Shown: piece by piece, positions 54,509 to 64,000 of the stretch
Layout of the letters: the number at the start of each line of letters is the position of its first letter
How positions within the stretch are numbered: position 1 is the first letter of the stretch
Source of the DNA: Alphaproteobacteria bacterium
Lineage (GTDB): Bacteria; Pseudomonadota; Alphaproteobacteria; MPNO01; UBA830
NCBI GenBank assembly: GCA_964291215.2
Contig: OZ219791.1
Span: 1,760,001 to 1,824,000, forward strand
DNA: 64,000 nucleotides
Direction: 5' to 3'
Position numbers and translations under genes: made by a program
The notes under the pieces: model-generated
Database searches by the model: none
Told to the model about the DNA's origin: nothing
The model's input: only the letters and a program-made list of their open reading frames with translations

Positions 54509-55639
54509 TCAGGAGGCGGCCGCAGTCGCTTCGACATCCATCTTGGCGTTTCCGAAAGCACCGATACCAAGCGCGTCGCGAAGGTCGGCCGTCTGTTCCG
54601 CCTTCCAGTCCTCGAGCGGAGCGCCGGTCGCGTCGGCAATCCTGTCGATGGCATTGAACAGGCCTACCACACCGGCCGAATCGACCAGCGCGTCGCTCCC
54701 GAGGGCGTCGACAATCGCAATCCGCGCGGCGTCAAGCCGGCTTTCGTCGGTGTCGAGCACGGCCTCGGCAAACTCGATCAACAGGTTGCCGTGGGGTATA
54801 CCGGTATCACCGGCCGCAACGCCGTCCATGATCGCCTGGTAGTCCAGTTCTGAACCAGCATGTTCTGCGCTCGCACGGAGCACTGCCACATGGCTGGTGG
54901 TTCAGTACGTACACTGGTTCAGCGCCGAGACCCTTGCCGCCAGAAGCTCGATCTGCGCGTGGGTGATGGCGCGGAACTCGCGCGTGAAATCGCGCATCTC
55001 GGAGCCCGCCAGGTACTGGGCGGCAACGACGGCGAAGAAGCTCCGCGCCTCGTCCGGGACCAGGGTAAGTGCCCGCCGTATATTGGCCTCCGGCCCGACA
55101 AAGTAGTCCGCTTCATTGGGCCCGTGCTCGTTCCACGCGATATTCGGCGCCCATGCCTGGTGCTGGCGCGCCTCCTTCGGGCGATATCGCGACGGCTCTC
55201 CGCCGCCCGGTTCGGGCAGCGTCCGCAACGGAATTCCGAGTCCTCTGGCGAAGGTGTCGATCGCCGTGGTGTGGGCCACGACGCTGACAATTTCGACGAA
55301 TTCGGTGTCGGCAATGCCGCTCGCAAGCGTGCGTTCGTACCAGCCATGGGTAAGACGGCCGGGGTCGGCCACGATCAGGTGAATCATGTCGACGCGGTTC
55401 GCAGCAAGCTCGCCCAAGCTGTCATGGACACCGCGCACTGCGAAGGGCGACAGCGCCGCCCTGATCTCCGCGCAGAACGCGCACCCGCGCGCATGCCGTG
55501 TTTCCGCCATGATCTGCACGCGTTCTTCGTCCGTGAGCCATGTTCCGGCCTTCGAGAGCCGGTCCCAGGCCTGTCGGTGGGCGTCGGCAAGGTCACCGCG
55601 TACCGGGTGCGGCGAACCCGCGTAATCCAATGTTGTCAT
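54509..55639 (-). CDS. AhpD/carboxymuconolactone-decarboxylase-like selenoprotein with CxxU (Sec at TGA 54902-04), 376 aa
   Basis: QIELLAARVSALNQCTY-U-TTSHVAVL reads in frame into the 54509-54889 ORF, restoring the AhpD E...CxxCxxxH motif; N-terminal CAFC. Confidence 0.85.
54854..54898 (-). promoter_or_regulatory. putative bacterial SECIS element (AhpD-like gene)
   Basis: ACCAG-C-CATGT...GTGCTC-[CGTGC]-GAGCGC...ACATG-CTGGT; loop at +25..+29. Confidence 0.75.
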
Positions 55640-55736
55640 TGCTCCGTCCCTGCTGTTCCGGATCCTGTCCGGGCCATCATGCAACGCCGGGTACCATCCA
55701 TCAAGCCCGAAATCCCGACCGCGGCCGACGGGCCGA

Positions 55737-56468
55737 TCATCCCGCTCGCGACGACATCACGAGTGCCAGCAGATTGGCGGCGTAGTCGGAGGCCTTGTCG
55801 GTTTCCATCAGGCGCGCGTTGGCGAGGTAGGTCTTGCAGGTGACAAGCGCCGTCCGGTCGCGTCCGGACAGCGTCTCCAAAACGACCTCGGTCGCGTCGC
55901 GCAACTGGTTGGCGGGAACGACATCGCTCACGAAACCAGCCTCGCGCGCCCTTGCGGCGTCGATCTCGCGGGTGGAATAGACCATCCATGCCGCCGCCTT
56001 TGGTTGGGTTCGGTCCATATGGGCGGAAATTGCCGCCGTCGGCGGCAGATTGTTCTTCATTTCGGGAAGCGAGAAGGTGGAATCGTCAGCCGCGATCGTG
56101 ATGTCACACACCGCTGCGGCCGCACAGCCAAAACCCGCCGCCCGGCCCTGCACCGACGCGACCACGGGAATCTCCGCGCCGCGCACTGCCTCGTAGAACC
56201 CGATGATCGGCGCAGCCAGGGCTCCGCGCATTTCGACGCCCGTCTTCGGCGTATGCTCGGGTGCGCTCTCGGGATCGCGCCCGAGGCAGAAATCGGGACC
56301 GGCAGTGCGAATCGAGATCGCATGAAGTGCGTTGTCCCGGCCAAGATCGGCGACTGTCGAGGACAACTCGTCCAGCATGTCCAGCGTCAGCATGTTGCCG
56401 CGTTCGGCGCGATAGATCGATATGCGCGCGATCTTGTCGTCTCTCGTGATGCTCAGGGTGTCGGTCAA
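55737..56468 (-). CDS. enoyl-CoA hydratase/isomerase (crotonase) family protein
   Basis: TTG start after GAGGAG; DFCLGRD, PVVASVQGRAAGFG, CDITIA, FSLPEM, IDAARAREAGFVSDVV. Confidence 0.9.
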   Translation of the reverse strand: MTDTLSITRDDKIARISIYRAERGNMLTLDMLDELSSTVADLGRDNALHAISIRTAGPDFCLGRDPESAPEHTPKTGVEMRGALAAPIIGFYEAVRGAEIPVVASVQGRAAGFGCAAAAVCDITIAADDSTFSLPEMKNNLPPTAAISAHMDRTQPKAAAWMVYSTREIDAARAREAGFVSDVVPANQLRDATEVVLETLSGRDRTALVTCKTYLANARLMETDKASDYAANLLALVMSSRAG

Positions 56469-56651
56469 TTTCGTTCTCCTCTCACCGGCTGTAACAAGTC
56501 GCGCCGTTCCTGTCGGTATCCGCATGAAACTCCTGAAGGAGAACAACCTGCCAGTATCCGTGCCGAGCGGCGACGCTGCTGGAATTCTGCCTGTGCCGGC
56601 TGTTGCGGACGTGCGACTGGCGGGTAAGCGTTTCCTGACGCCTTCAGCAGA

Positions 56652-56747
56652 TGGCGGAAAAGAGTGGGAGTCGAACCCACCAGGGACGTCTCACGCCCCT
56701 CACCGGTTTTGAAGACCGGGCGCCCCACCGGGGAACGATTCTCTTCC
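56652..56747 (-). tRNA. selC: tRNA-Sec (anticodon UCA)
   Basis: 96 nt, GGAAGAG...CTTTTCCGCCA; anticodon arm CCGGT-CTTCAAA-ACCGG; long variable arm; GGTTCGACTCC. Confidence 0.97.
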
Positions 56748-56770
56748 GTGGCCCGAAACTAACCCAGAAA

Positions 56771-58696
56771 TCAGTCTTCGCCAAAGGCGTCGGCCACCGG
56801 GCGGATGACTTCGTGGGCGTCGCCGACGCGGCGTGTGAACTTGATCTTGTCGAAGAATTCGAGGACCTCGATGGCCAGGTTGCGCCCGATATTGGACGCA
56901 TCGCGAAATGCGGCGGCCGAGACCATCCCGCGTTCGTTGTCTGCGGCGACCTCCTCCGCGATTGCGCCGAGCCGGCGAAGCGTCTCGGGCAGGAAAAACC
57001 GGTTCTTGGAGATGCGGACGACAAGCCCGTGGCGCGCTGTCCGGACAAGCAGGGATCCCACCTTGCGCGAATCGCCCCCCATGTCGTGCACGATGTCGCT
57101 GAGCGGTGGTGGTCGGAGGCCGGCGGCGCTCAGGATCGTCCTGACCCTTTCCCAGTCTCTGACGTCATTGCCCTCAAGCCGCGGGCGGTGGGACGGAAGG
57201 CGCACGCCCATTCCTTCCCTGACGACATCGCCGTCGCGTGCAAGCTTCGCGCTGATCGCGGACGCGGCGTCCGCGGGCAACCGGATTCCGGTGTCAATCA
57301 GTATCCGGTTTTCGCCCGGACCGACCGTGTCCGGGGACTTTCGGTGCCAGGCAGCCAAGCGCTCGGTTACCGCCTCGCGGACGCGGCCCCATCCGGTCTC
57401 AGAAAACCCCAGCCTGCCCGTCTCGGTGGCGATCGTCACCATCTGAATTGCAGCCTCCAGCGACACCGTCTCCTCCGCGGTCAGATTGCGGGCCGCGGCA
57501 AATCGATCGAGATTGAGGCCGCTTGATGCCGCTTCGAGAAGGCCTTCGAGGGCCGCGGCATGTTCGGCGGAATCCATGATCTCCAGGAACTCCAGCCGTT
57601 CCCGCCGCGCGCGGCCGCGTGTCGGGGGATACACGTCGATGACGCGCCCGCCGCCGATCGTGCGTCGCGCCGACTGGTCGCGGATGATGAGGCCGTCGCC
57701 GCACACCGCGCCGACGGGATGATCGAGAACCAGTTGCGCCAGTGCGGTATCGCCGGGCGCGATGCCGTTCCGACCGAGCACGGCGACCCTGCCGGTGGTT
57801 TCGCTGGCGCCGATATGGGCATGGATCGGGGTCCAGTGGGCGAGGGACCGTTTTTCCGTGCCGAGCACGCTGAGCCGCATGTCGATCTTGCGAACCGCCG
57901 GAGGGACGTCTCCGGCCACGATCCAGTCGCCGCGCGCGATGCGATCCTTTCTGAGTGCGGCGCCGGCGAGATTGAGCGCGCAGCGTTGTCCGGCCCGGCC
58001 GGACGGCGCCTGGGCGTTCTGGGCGTGGATGCCGCGAATGCGCACCTCCACGCCGGCGCCTAGCACTCGCGCTTTTTCGCCGGTTGCGATGGCACCGGAA
58101 AACGCGGTTCCGGTGACCACCAGCCCGGCACCGACGACCTCGAAACTGCGGTCGACAGCGAGCCGGAAGTTGCCGTCGGCCGGTCGCGGCGGCGTGGCCC
58201 GGGCAGCCTCGACGAGGTGGGACTTCAGTTCCGGAACGCCTGAACCTGTAATCGCCGACACCGGAAACACCGCGATGCCTTCGAGAGCCGTGCCGGCGAG
58301 CAGTATCTCGATCTCCTCGAGAGCGTCATCCACCCGTTCCGGGGGCACGCGATCGATCTTGGTCAGCGCGACCGCGCCGCGGTTCACGCCGAGGAGGTCG
58401 AGAATCGCCAGATGCTCCTCGGTCTGCGGCATCGGACCGTCGTCTGCCGCCACGATCAGGAGAACGAAGTCGATTCCTGTCACGCCGCAGAGCATGTTGC
58501 GAATGAAGCGCTCATGTCCCGGAACGTCGATGAATCCGACGGTTTCGGCCCCGTCGAGCGGCAGGTACGCGAAGCCCAGATCTATGGTCAGGCTCCGCTT
58601 CTTCTCCTCGGGCAGGCGATCGGTATCGACGCCGGTCAGCGCCTTGATCAGGAGAGTCTTGCCATGATCCACATGCCCGGCCGTGGCGATGATCAC
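56771..58696 (-). CDS. selB: selenocysteine-specific translation elongation factor
   Basis: IATAGHVDHGKT, DTDRLPEEKKR..TIDLGFAY, DVPGHERFIRNM, TKID; C-terminal winged helix FRD...GRNLAIEVLEFFD; GTG start overlaps the selA stop. Confidence 0.96.
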   Translation of the reverse strand: MIIATAGHVDHGKTLLIKALTGVDTDRLPEEKKRSLTIDLGFAYLPLDGAETVGFIDVPGHERFIRNMLCGVTGIDFVLLIVAADDGPMPQTEEHLAILDLLGVNRGAVALTKIDRVPPERVDDALEEIEILLAGTALEGIAVFPVSAITGSGVPELKSHLVEAARATPPRPADGNFRLAVDRSFEVVGAGLVVTGTAFSGAIATGEKARVLGAGVEVRIRGIHAQNAQAPSGRAGQRCALNLAGAALRKDRIARGDWIVAGDVPPAVRKIDMRLSVLGTEKRSLAHWTPIHAHIGASETTGRVAVLGRNGIAPGDTALAQLVLDHPVGAVCGDGLIIRDQSARRTIGGGRVIDVYPPTRGRARRERLEFLEIMDSAEHAAALEGLLEAASSGLNLDRFAAARNLTAEETVSLEAAIQMVTIATETGRLGFSETGWGRVREAVTERLAAWHRKSPDTVGPGENRILIDTGIRLPADAASAISAKLARDGDVVREGMGVRLPSHRPRLEGNDVRDWERVRTILSAAGLRPPPLSDIVHDMGGDSRKVGSLLVRTARHGLVVRISKNRFFLPETLRRLGAIAEEVAADNERGMVSAAAFRDASNIGRNLAIEVLEFFDKIKFTRRVGDAHEVIRPVADAFGED

Positions 58697-60123
58697 GGCT
58701 TCGTCTCCAGCCGCGCAAGTTGCGCCGCGAACGCGGCCTCGTCCTCGAGGCAGCGGAGGTCGAGCACGAATTCGTCGTTCCGTATCCGCCCGATGACCGG
58801 TACCGGCAGCTCGCGAAAAGCCGCAGCCAAGCGGCGGAGCGCGGAGCTGCGGCCGCGTTTTCCGGTTGTTGGCGAAATCGCAAGGCCAAGGCTGGGCACG
58901 CGCTGTTGCGGCAGCGCTCCCGAGCCGAACTGGCTCTGGCACTCCGTCACGGCGACATCAGCGCGGCCGGACAGGGCGGACGCAACCAGCGGCACCAGCC
59001 GATCGGCCAAACCGCCAAGCTCCTCGACCGGGCGCGCCAGCGCACGCAGGGTCGGCAGGCGTGCCGCGAGACGATCCGGATCGGCGTAGAGGCGAAGCGT
59101 TGCTGCGAGAGCGGCGATGGTCATCTTGTCGCAGCGCAGTGCACGTTTCATGGGGTTTCTGCGGATCTTGGCAAGCATCTCCTTCGAGCCGACGATCAGT
59201 CCGCATTGCGGTCCACCGAGAAGCTTGTCGCCGGAGAAGGTCACCACGTCGACACCCTGTTCGAGCGCCTTCGTCGGCGTGGGTTCGCGGGGCAGGCCGA
59301 ACTGCGCGAGATCGATCAGGGCGCCGCTTCCGAGGTCGGTTGCAAACGGTATTCCGGAGCGATGACAGAGTTCGGCCAGTGGTTCTTCGGGCACGCTTGC
59401 GGTGAAGCCCTCGACCACATAGTTGCTGGTGTGAACCTTCATGACGAGCCCGGTCCTGGGTCCGATCGCTGCTGCATAGTCGTCAAGATGGGTCCGGTTG
59501 GTGGTGCCGACTTCGACCAGCCGACAGCCGGCGCGAGCCATGATTTGCGGCATGCGAAAGGATCCGCCGATCTCGATAAGTTCGCCGCGCGACACCGGGA
59601 CCTCGCGACGGAGCGCAAGGCTGTTGAGAACCAGCATCACGGCCGCCGCGTTGTTGTTGACGATCGTGGCCGCTTCGGCTCCGGTGATGCGGCAGAGTTC
59701 GTCCTCGATATGCTCGTCGCGGTCGCCGCGCTTTCCCTTGTCGATCCGGTATTCGAGATTGCTGGCGCCGCGTGCTGCTGCTGCAACGGCCTCGACGGCT
59801 TCCTCGGCCAGCGCGGCGCGGCCGAGATTGGTGTGGAGAACCGTGCCGGTGAGGTTGAAGACGGGACGCAGCGACGGTACGGCGCGTTCCCGCAGGCTCT
59901 CCTCGACCTGGCGCAGGAGCGTCGCCTGGACCGGGGCCTTGCTGCCGGGTTCTGCCAGCGCGGTTCGCCACGCCCCGAGCACGTCGCGCACCGCCCGGGT
60001 GGTTTCCTGGCGTCCGAACTCTCCGACTAGTGTGTGCCCCAGGGCAAGAAGTCTGTCGACAGACGGCAGCGCCGCCATTGGTGATGGAGGATCATCTGGC
60101 ATGCCGTCAGGATAGACCCTCAT
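58693..60123 (-). CDS. selA: L-seryl-tRNA(Sec) selenium transferase
   Basis: VFNLTGTVLHTNLGRA, VNNNAAAV, SRGELIEIGGSFRMP, EVGTTNRT, FSGDKLLGGPQ. Confidence 0.97.
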   Translation of the reverse strand: MRVYPDGMPDDPPSPMAALPSVDRLLALGHTLVGEFGRQETTRAVRDVLGAWRTALAEPGSKAPVQATLLRQVEESLRERAVPSLRPVFNLTGTVLHTNLGRAALAEEAVEAVAAAARGASNLEYRIDKGKRGDRDEHIEDELCRITGAEAATIVNNNAAAVMLVLNSLALRREVPVSRGELIEIGGSFRMPQIMARAGCRLVEVGTTNRTHLDDYAAAIGPRTGLVMKVHTSNYVVEGFTASVPEEPLAELCHRSGIPFATDLGSGALIDLAQFGLPREPTPTKALEQGVDVVTFSGDKLLGGPQCGLIVGSKEMLAKIRRNPMKRALRCDKMTIAALAATLRLYADPDRLAARLPTLRALARPVEELGGLADRLVPLVASALSGRADVAVTECQSQFGSGALPQQRVPSLGLAISPTTGKRGRSSALRRLAAAFRELPVPVIGRIRNDEFVLDLRCLEDEAAFAAQLARLETKP

Positions 60124-60406
60124 GACAGGAACGGGAATACAACTCGCTTCCGCGCACCGGCACGTATCTCGGCGGCGACGAGCAGAATGCCGGAAGCAGC
60201 GCGCGCCGAGACTCGGGTCGCGGAAACGATGCGTTGATGCGCCGCGGCGACTCCTGGCATCTGTTCAGTCGGGCATGGTGGATCCTAGTGGAGGGATATA
60301 AGAATTTAGCCGGAACTTCGCGGAGGGTTCAGAAGGTTTTCGACTGACGTTGGCCTCTTTCGGATGTGTCGGAAGGTGCAGGATATCCCAACTTGGAGCA
60401 TATAGA

Positions 60407-61094
60407 CCCCACTTCCAGTCTGAAGTGCAACACCCGGCCCTCATCGCAGTGAGGGCGTAGCCCGAACGGAGAGGGCCGGGTGTTACGCAAATTTTTCCCC
60501 TCTGCCCCTCTCGATTCCGCCTAGGAACAGCTTCAGTTCCTTCAACATCGAGCTTATGCAACGCCTTTGTCGGCTTCAAGCCACTATTACGCCGTCGCGC
60601 GGCATGGATCCTGCTGCACGTTGCGGCTTTGGAACGCAGATGGTCAGGGCGGTTTCACTTCAAGATTACCTCCGTCGGCGATCCCAGGACTTTCCGAGTG
60701 TTGAGCCGCACCTTCTGAACATCTTCGTTGCATGTCGCGCGAAAGTCCGTGCCCTTCGGGAAGTACTCCCGCACCAGGCCGTTGGTGTGCTCATTCAAGC
60801 CGCGCTCCCAGGAATGGAAAGGCGAAGAAGAAATCTGCGTCAAGTGCGACACGCCTGTGGTCTGCGAACTCCTTGCCGTTGTGATTGTGTGGACCAATAG
60901 CGCACCAGAGCCGAGCAGGCGGATCATGACCGAACCGACCGTGTCTTTCTGTCCACCCAGCAAGGTGTATTTCGTGGCACGAGCGACACGACAGCTCCAC
61001 TGTGAGCTTTGCCGATGATGGCTCCCAGTCGCCGATCCGTTCCTTTGCCTCCGCAGGGCGCTCGGAAATGTCCACTCGGCCAGGAATATGGCCC
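60407..61094 (-). mobile_element. IS30-family element, copy 2 (3' half only)
   Basis: Near-identical to 14978-15650; truncated by the IS1634-like element. Confidence 0.85.
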
Positions 61095-62575
61095 CGGCCA
61101 GAATGGCATCCGCCCAAATCACACCCCGGCACTGGCCGCATGAGATGAACAAATGGTACTGAGCCTGCAACTGTGCCATACGAAACTCTCACCCTGTTCA
61201 TCAGGGCAACCAAAACCCACAGCACCGCAGACGGCAAACCCGTCCACCGGCTCGTGCTTTCTCAACGCATCGGCCGACAAGGTCAGGCAGCGCACGCTGC
61301 CTCGGCACCAACTATCCGGTGGCGCGCAAGAACTGGAAGGAGGTTGCCGCCGAAGCGCTGGCCGCCCGCCGCTGTTCGAAGCCGCGTGCAGGCCGCAGCC
61401 GAGGACATCGTCAACAGGGGCCCGGAGGTTCCGCGCCGACGCTCCGGAGGAAGACGCACGCAAATTGCGACCGTCAACCTCGACAGCCTCGAGAACCCGC
61501 GCTCGGTCGGCTGGCCTGTACCTCGAGGCGCGGTCTCGGCTTCACGACCTCGGCATCACGGGCCGCGAGTGCGCTGATCGTCGCTAGGATGATCCGCCAG
61601 CGAGCGCTGGCTGCGCGATGACAGCGTGACCGCGGAGCTTCGATCTGGAGGGCAAGGCGCGCAAGACGCTGTACCGCATCGGCGACCTGCGTCACCGGAC
61701 CGCCATCCGGAAAGAACTGTTCAACCACGAGCGCGCGCTGCATCCCCGACACCATCGCCTTTTACGACCTCACCAATGTTCACGGCCGCGCCGACGGCAA
61801 GCTGCCCCGCTTCGGGCGCTCGAAGCGCAATGATTGCCCCACGCTTGCGCGGCGCGGGCTTTCGGCGCAGTTGCGAGGTCTTGCGGGGCAACGTGAGCGA
61901 ACCCGGTACGCTGGAGGACGCGCTGTCGAGGCTGGAGGCGGCCCGGCGGCGAAGCCGACGGCAGTCATGGACGCCGGCACCGAGGCGAACATCGCGTGGC
62001 GAGCACGGCTGGATCGCGGGCGGCGCCGCCCGAGGGTGGGCCCGAGGCTGATCACCAACCACGAGGTGCAGGCGCCTTGCCAGCAAGGATGGCGCGGCTC
62101 TACGTGGTCAGCGAGAGCAGGAAGAGGGCGAGGACGCCATTCCTGACCGCAGGGCTTCGAGGCGGCAAAGCTCCACCTCCAAGGGCCGGCGCCACGACAA
62201 GGTGCTGGAGAGCGGTCTCAGGCAGCGCTTCTCCACCGTCGTCCGGCACTACGAGATCACCGTCGAGAAGGCCGGCGCCAACGCAACGGCCGTGCGCTTC
62301 AGCCACAGACGACAAGACAACGCGGGCGCCTGCGCACCAGCGACCGGGATATCGAGACCGTCCTCAGGACATGGATCACGGATATCGAGGCCACCTTCCG
62401 TTCATTGAAATCCGAGCTCGGATTGCGCCCGGCCAGCGCATCGCCGCCCACCTGTTGATCGCCGTGCTCGCCGCGGTGCATCTGATCCCCGCGCGGGGCA
62501 TCGACAAGTGCCGGACATCAATCCGCGAGAGCATGCGGAACCAGGGTCACCACGCGCCTGCGCGCATTTTTTGAT
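61095..62575 (+). mobile_element. degenerate IS1634-like element
   Basis: FIRATKT...HRLV.SQRI..KVRQRTL, YDLTN, RFGRSK, GNVSEPGTL, VMDAG, DIEATFRSLKSELGLRP. Confidence 0.7.
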
Positions 62576-62576
62576 C

Positions 62577-63806
62577 GGTACTGTAACTTGATGTCTGGAA
62601 ATTTGTCTGAGGTTTGCGCTTTGAGGCGTTTCACTGGGGGGCTAGCCCCCCAGTGAAACGCGGCGCCATCGTGCTATCCCATGGAGTTGTAAAACCTTCA
62701 TGGAGGAAGCGAATGGACCTGCGACACACTACGACGATTGAGGCCGTTTTGGAACATCTGATCGCAAACGGAGCAACGGATCTGGGGCGGATCTTTGGTC
62801 AACTCTTCGAGCTTGCGATGCAAATCGAGCGCGAGCAGCACTTGAAAGCGGGCCACCGGACACCGGAACGACAGGGCTATGCCAACGGCTACAAACGGAT
62901 CGACACCCCCACTGTTACCGTTCAGGTGCCAAACGGTCACGGGGACGACCCCCCCAGTCGCTTGAACGCGGCCAGCGATCTTCTCGCGCCGTAGCCGAGA
63001 TGTACATCAAGGGTGTTTCCACGCGGCAGGATGTAATGCGCGAGTTCGGGAGCCTGTCCTCTTCTCAGGTCAGCCGGGCCACCAGGTTGCTCGATGAAGA
63101 ACTCGCCGCGCAACCGGCCCCTTGGGCTGATGAAATACCTGATCCTGGATGCGCGCTACGAAAAAGCCCGCCATGACGGCGTTGTGCGCGATGTCGCGGT
63201 ACTCTCGGCCATTGGAATAGGGGCTGCAGGCACGTTCTGGGGCTCTCTGTGGCGCTCTCCGAGGCCGAGGTCCATTGGAGAGCCTTCCTGGAAAGCTTGC
63301 TAGCCCTGCATGGTACGACCTTCATCGTCTCGGATGCCGGGCTGAAAGCGGCACGACGCGCGGTGCTGGGCGCGGCGACATGGCAGCGCTGCCAATTCCA
63401 CCTGGCACAAAACGCCGTGCACCGAACAACGACATCAGGAAACGTATTGGAAAACAGCTCAGAGCCATGCGTCCTTACTCCAAACCGCCGAGGCTGAACT
63501 GGGCACCCTCGTGGCCAGCGACAAGCATCCGGGCTTCCTGGCTGGAAAAGAATGCGGGGCTCGCTGTCTTCACCTTGCCCGATGCTTACCACAAGCGTAT
63601 GCGAACCTCAAACGGCATCGAGCGACCGATCCAGCAAGAGCTCAAGCGGCGCACCTCCAAAGTCAGGGTCTTTCCGAACCTCGCCTCGTCGGAGCGCCTC
63701 TCAACCGCGGTCCTCATCGACGAAAAATGGGAAACCGAAACCAAGATCAAATGGGAACAGCTCGATCAGCTTCACGACAATTTCCAGACATCAGGTTGCG
63801 TAATCC
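62577..63806 (+). mobile_element. degenerate IS256-family element
   Basis: IRs ...AACTTGATGTCTGGAAATT / AATTTCCAGACATCAGGTT; EMYIKGVSTR, LDARYEK, WQRCQFHLAQNA, RTSNGIERPIQQELKRRT. Confidence 0.85.
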
Positions 63807-63810
63807 ATTG

Positions 63811-64000
63811 GTAACTGCTCACCCCCTGGTTTCGGCTTGATGTCGGGGTAGAGCAACGAACGGGTTTTCGTGGAGATTTGACACTGCAGGCCGATTCGTT
63901 TAGTGGTGGTAATCGAGAACGATGGGGACCGCCAGTGGGCTACTTTGGATCGAAGGCGACGAGCGGGCTGTGCCAGCTGCTTCCGGGGCTCCAGCCCCCG
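63811..64000 (+). mobile_element. IS66-like element type B, copy 3 (left end; runs off the window)
   Basis: GTAACTGCTCACCCC... near-identical to the starts at 28163 and 38119. Confidence 0.9.

Noticed and set aside
55737-55739. Crotonase TGA stop as a Sec codon
   Set aside because: The domain is complete, with no Cys/Ser redox motif and no recognisable continuation.
58697-58942. N-terminal extension of SelB
   Set aside because: It overlaps selA; SelB homology begins at GTG 58696.

Overview
GC-rich bacterial DNA. The gene content suggests an alphaproteobacterium, possibly host-associated such as a marine-invertebrate symbiont (inference). Intact host genes alternate with piles of nested, deletion-riddled insertion sequences. 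Host genes: end of a sulfotransferase, a MATE exporter and an Ntn acylase; two divergent MFP+RND efflux pairs; an Rpn-family gene and a frameshifted DUF2285-like gene; cysD-cysNC; a broken MNT-HEPN pair; MarR; an NAD(P)-dependent oxidoreductase; and DUF1491. Highlight 1: a minus-strand selenium cluster (selA-selB-tRNA-Sec) is followed by a crotonase and three consecutive genes that the ORF track splits at in-frame UGA codons. Each UGA lies in a redox motif and is followed by a SECIS-like hairpin: AhpD-like CxxU, peroxiredoxin-like UxxC and iodothyronine-deiodinase-like SxxU. A dihydroxyphthalate-decarboxylase-like gene comes next, converging on a catabolic-type B12/Fe-S reductive dehalogenase. 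Together these are a candidate Se+B12 haloaromatic dehalogenation system. Highlight 2: an IS110 element whose bridge RNA can be read from the sequence, with guides matching a site inside an ISAs1-like element. Two ISAs1-like copies are invaded at the same CT core and a third copy is empty. Highlight 3: IS nests up to five levels deep with recoverable target duplications, DUF4338-like or adenine-methylase-like passenger domains, and decay by microhomology-flanked deletions. All family assignments come from motif recognition by eye; no database search was run.
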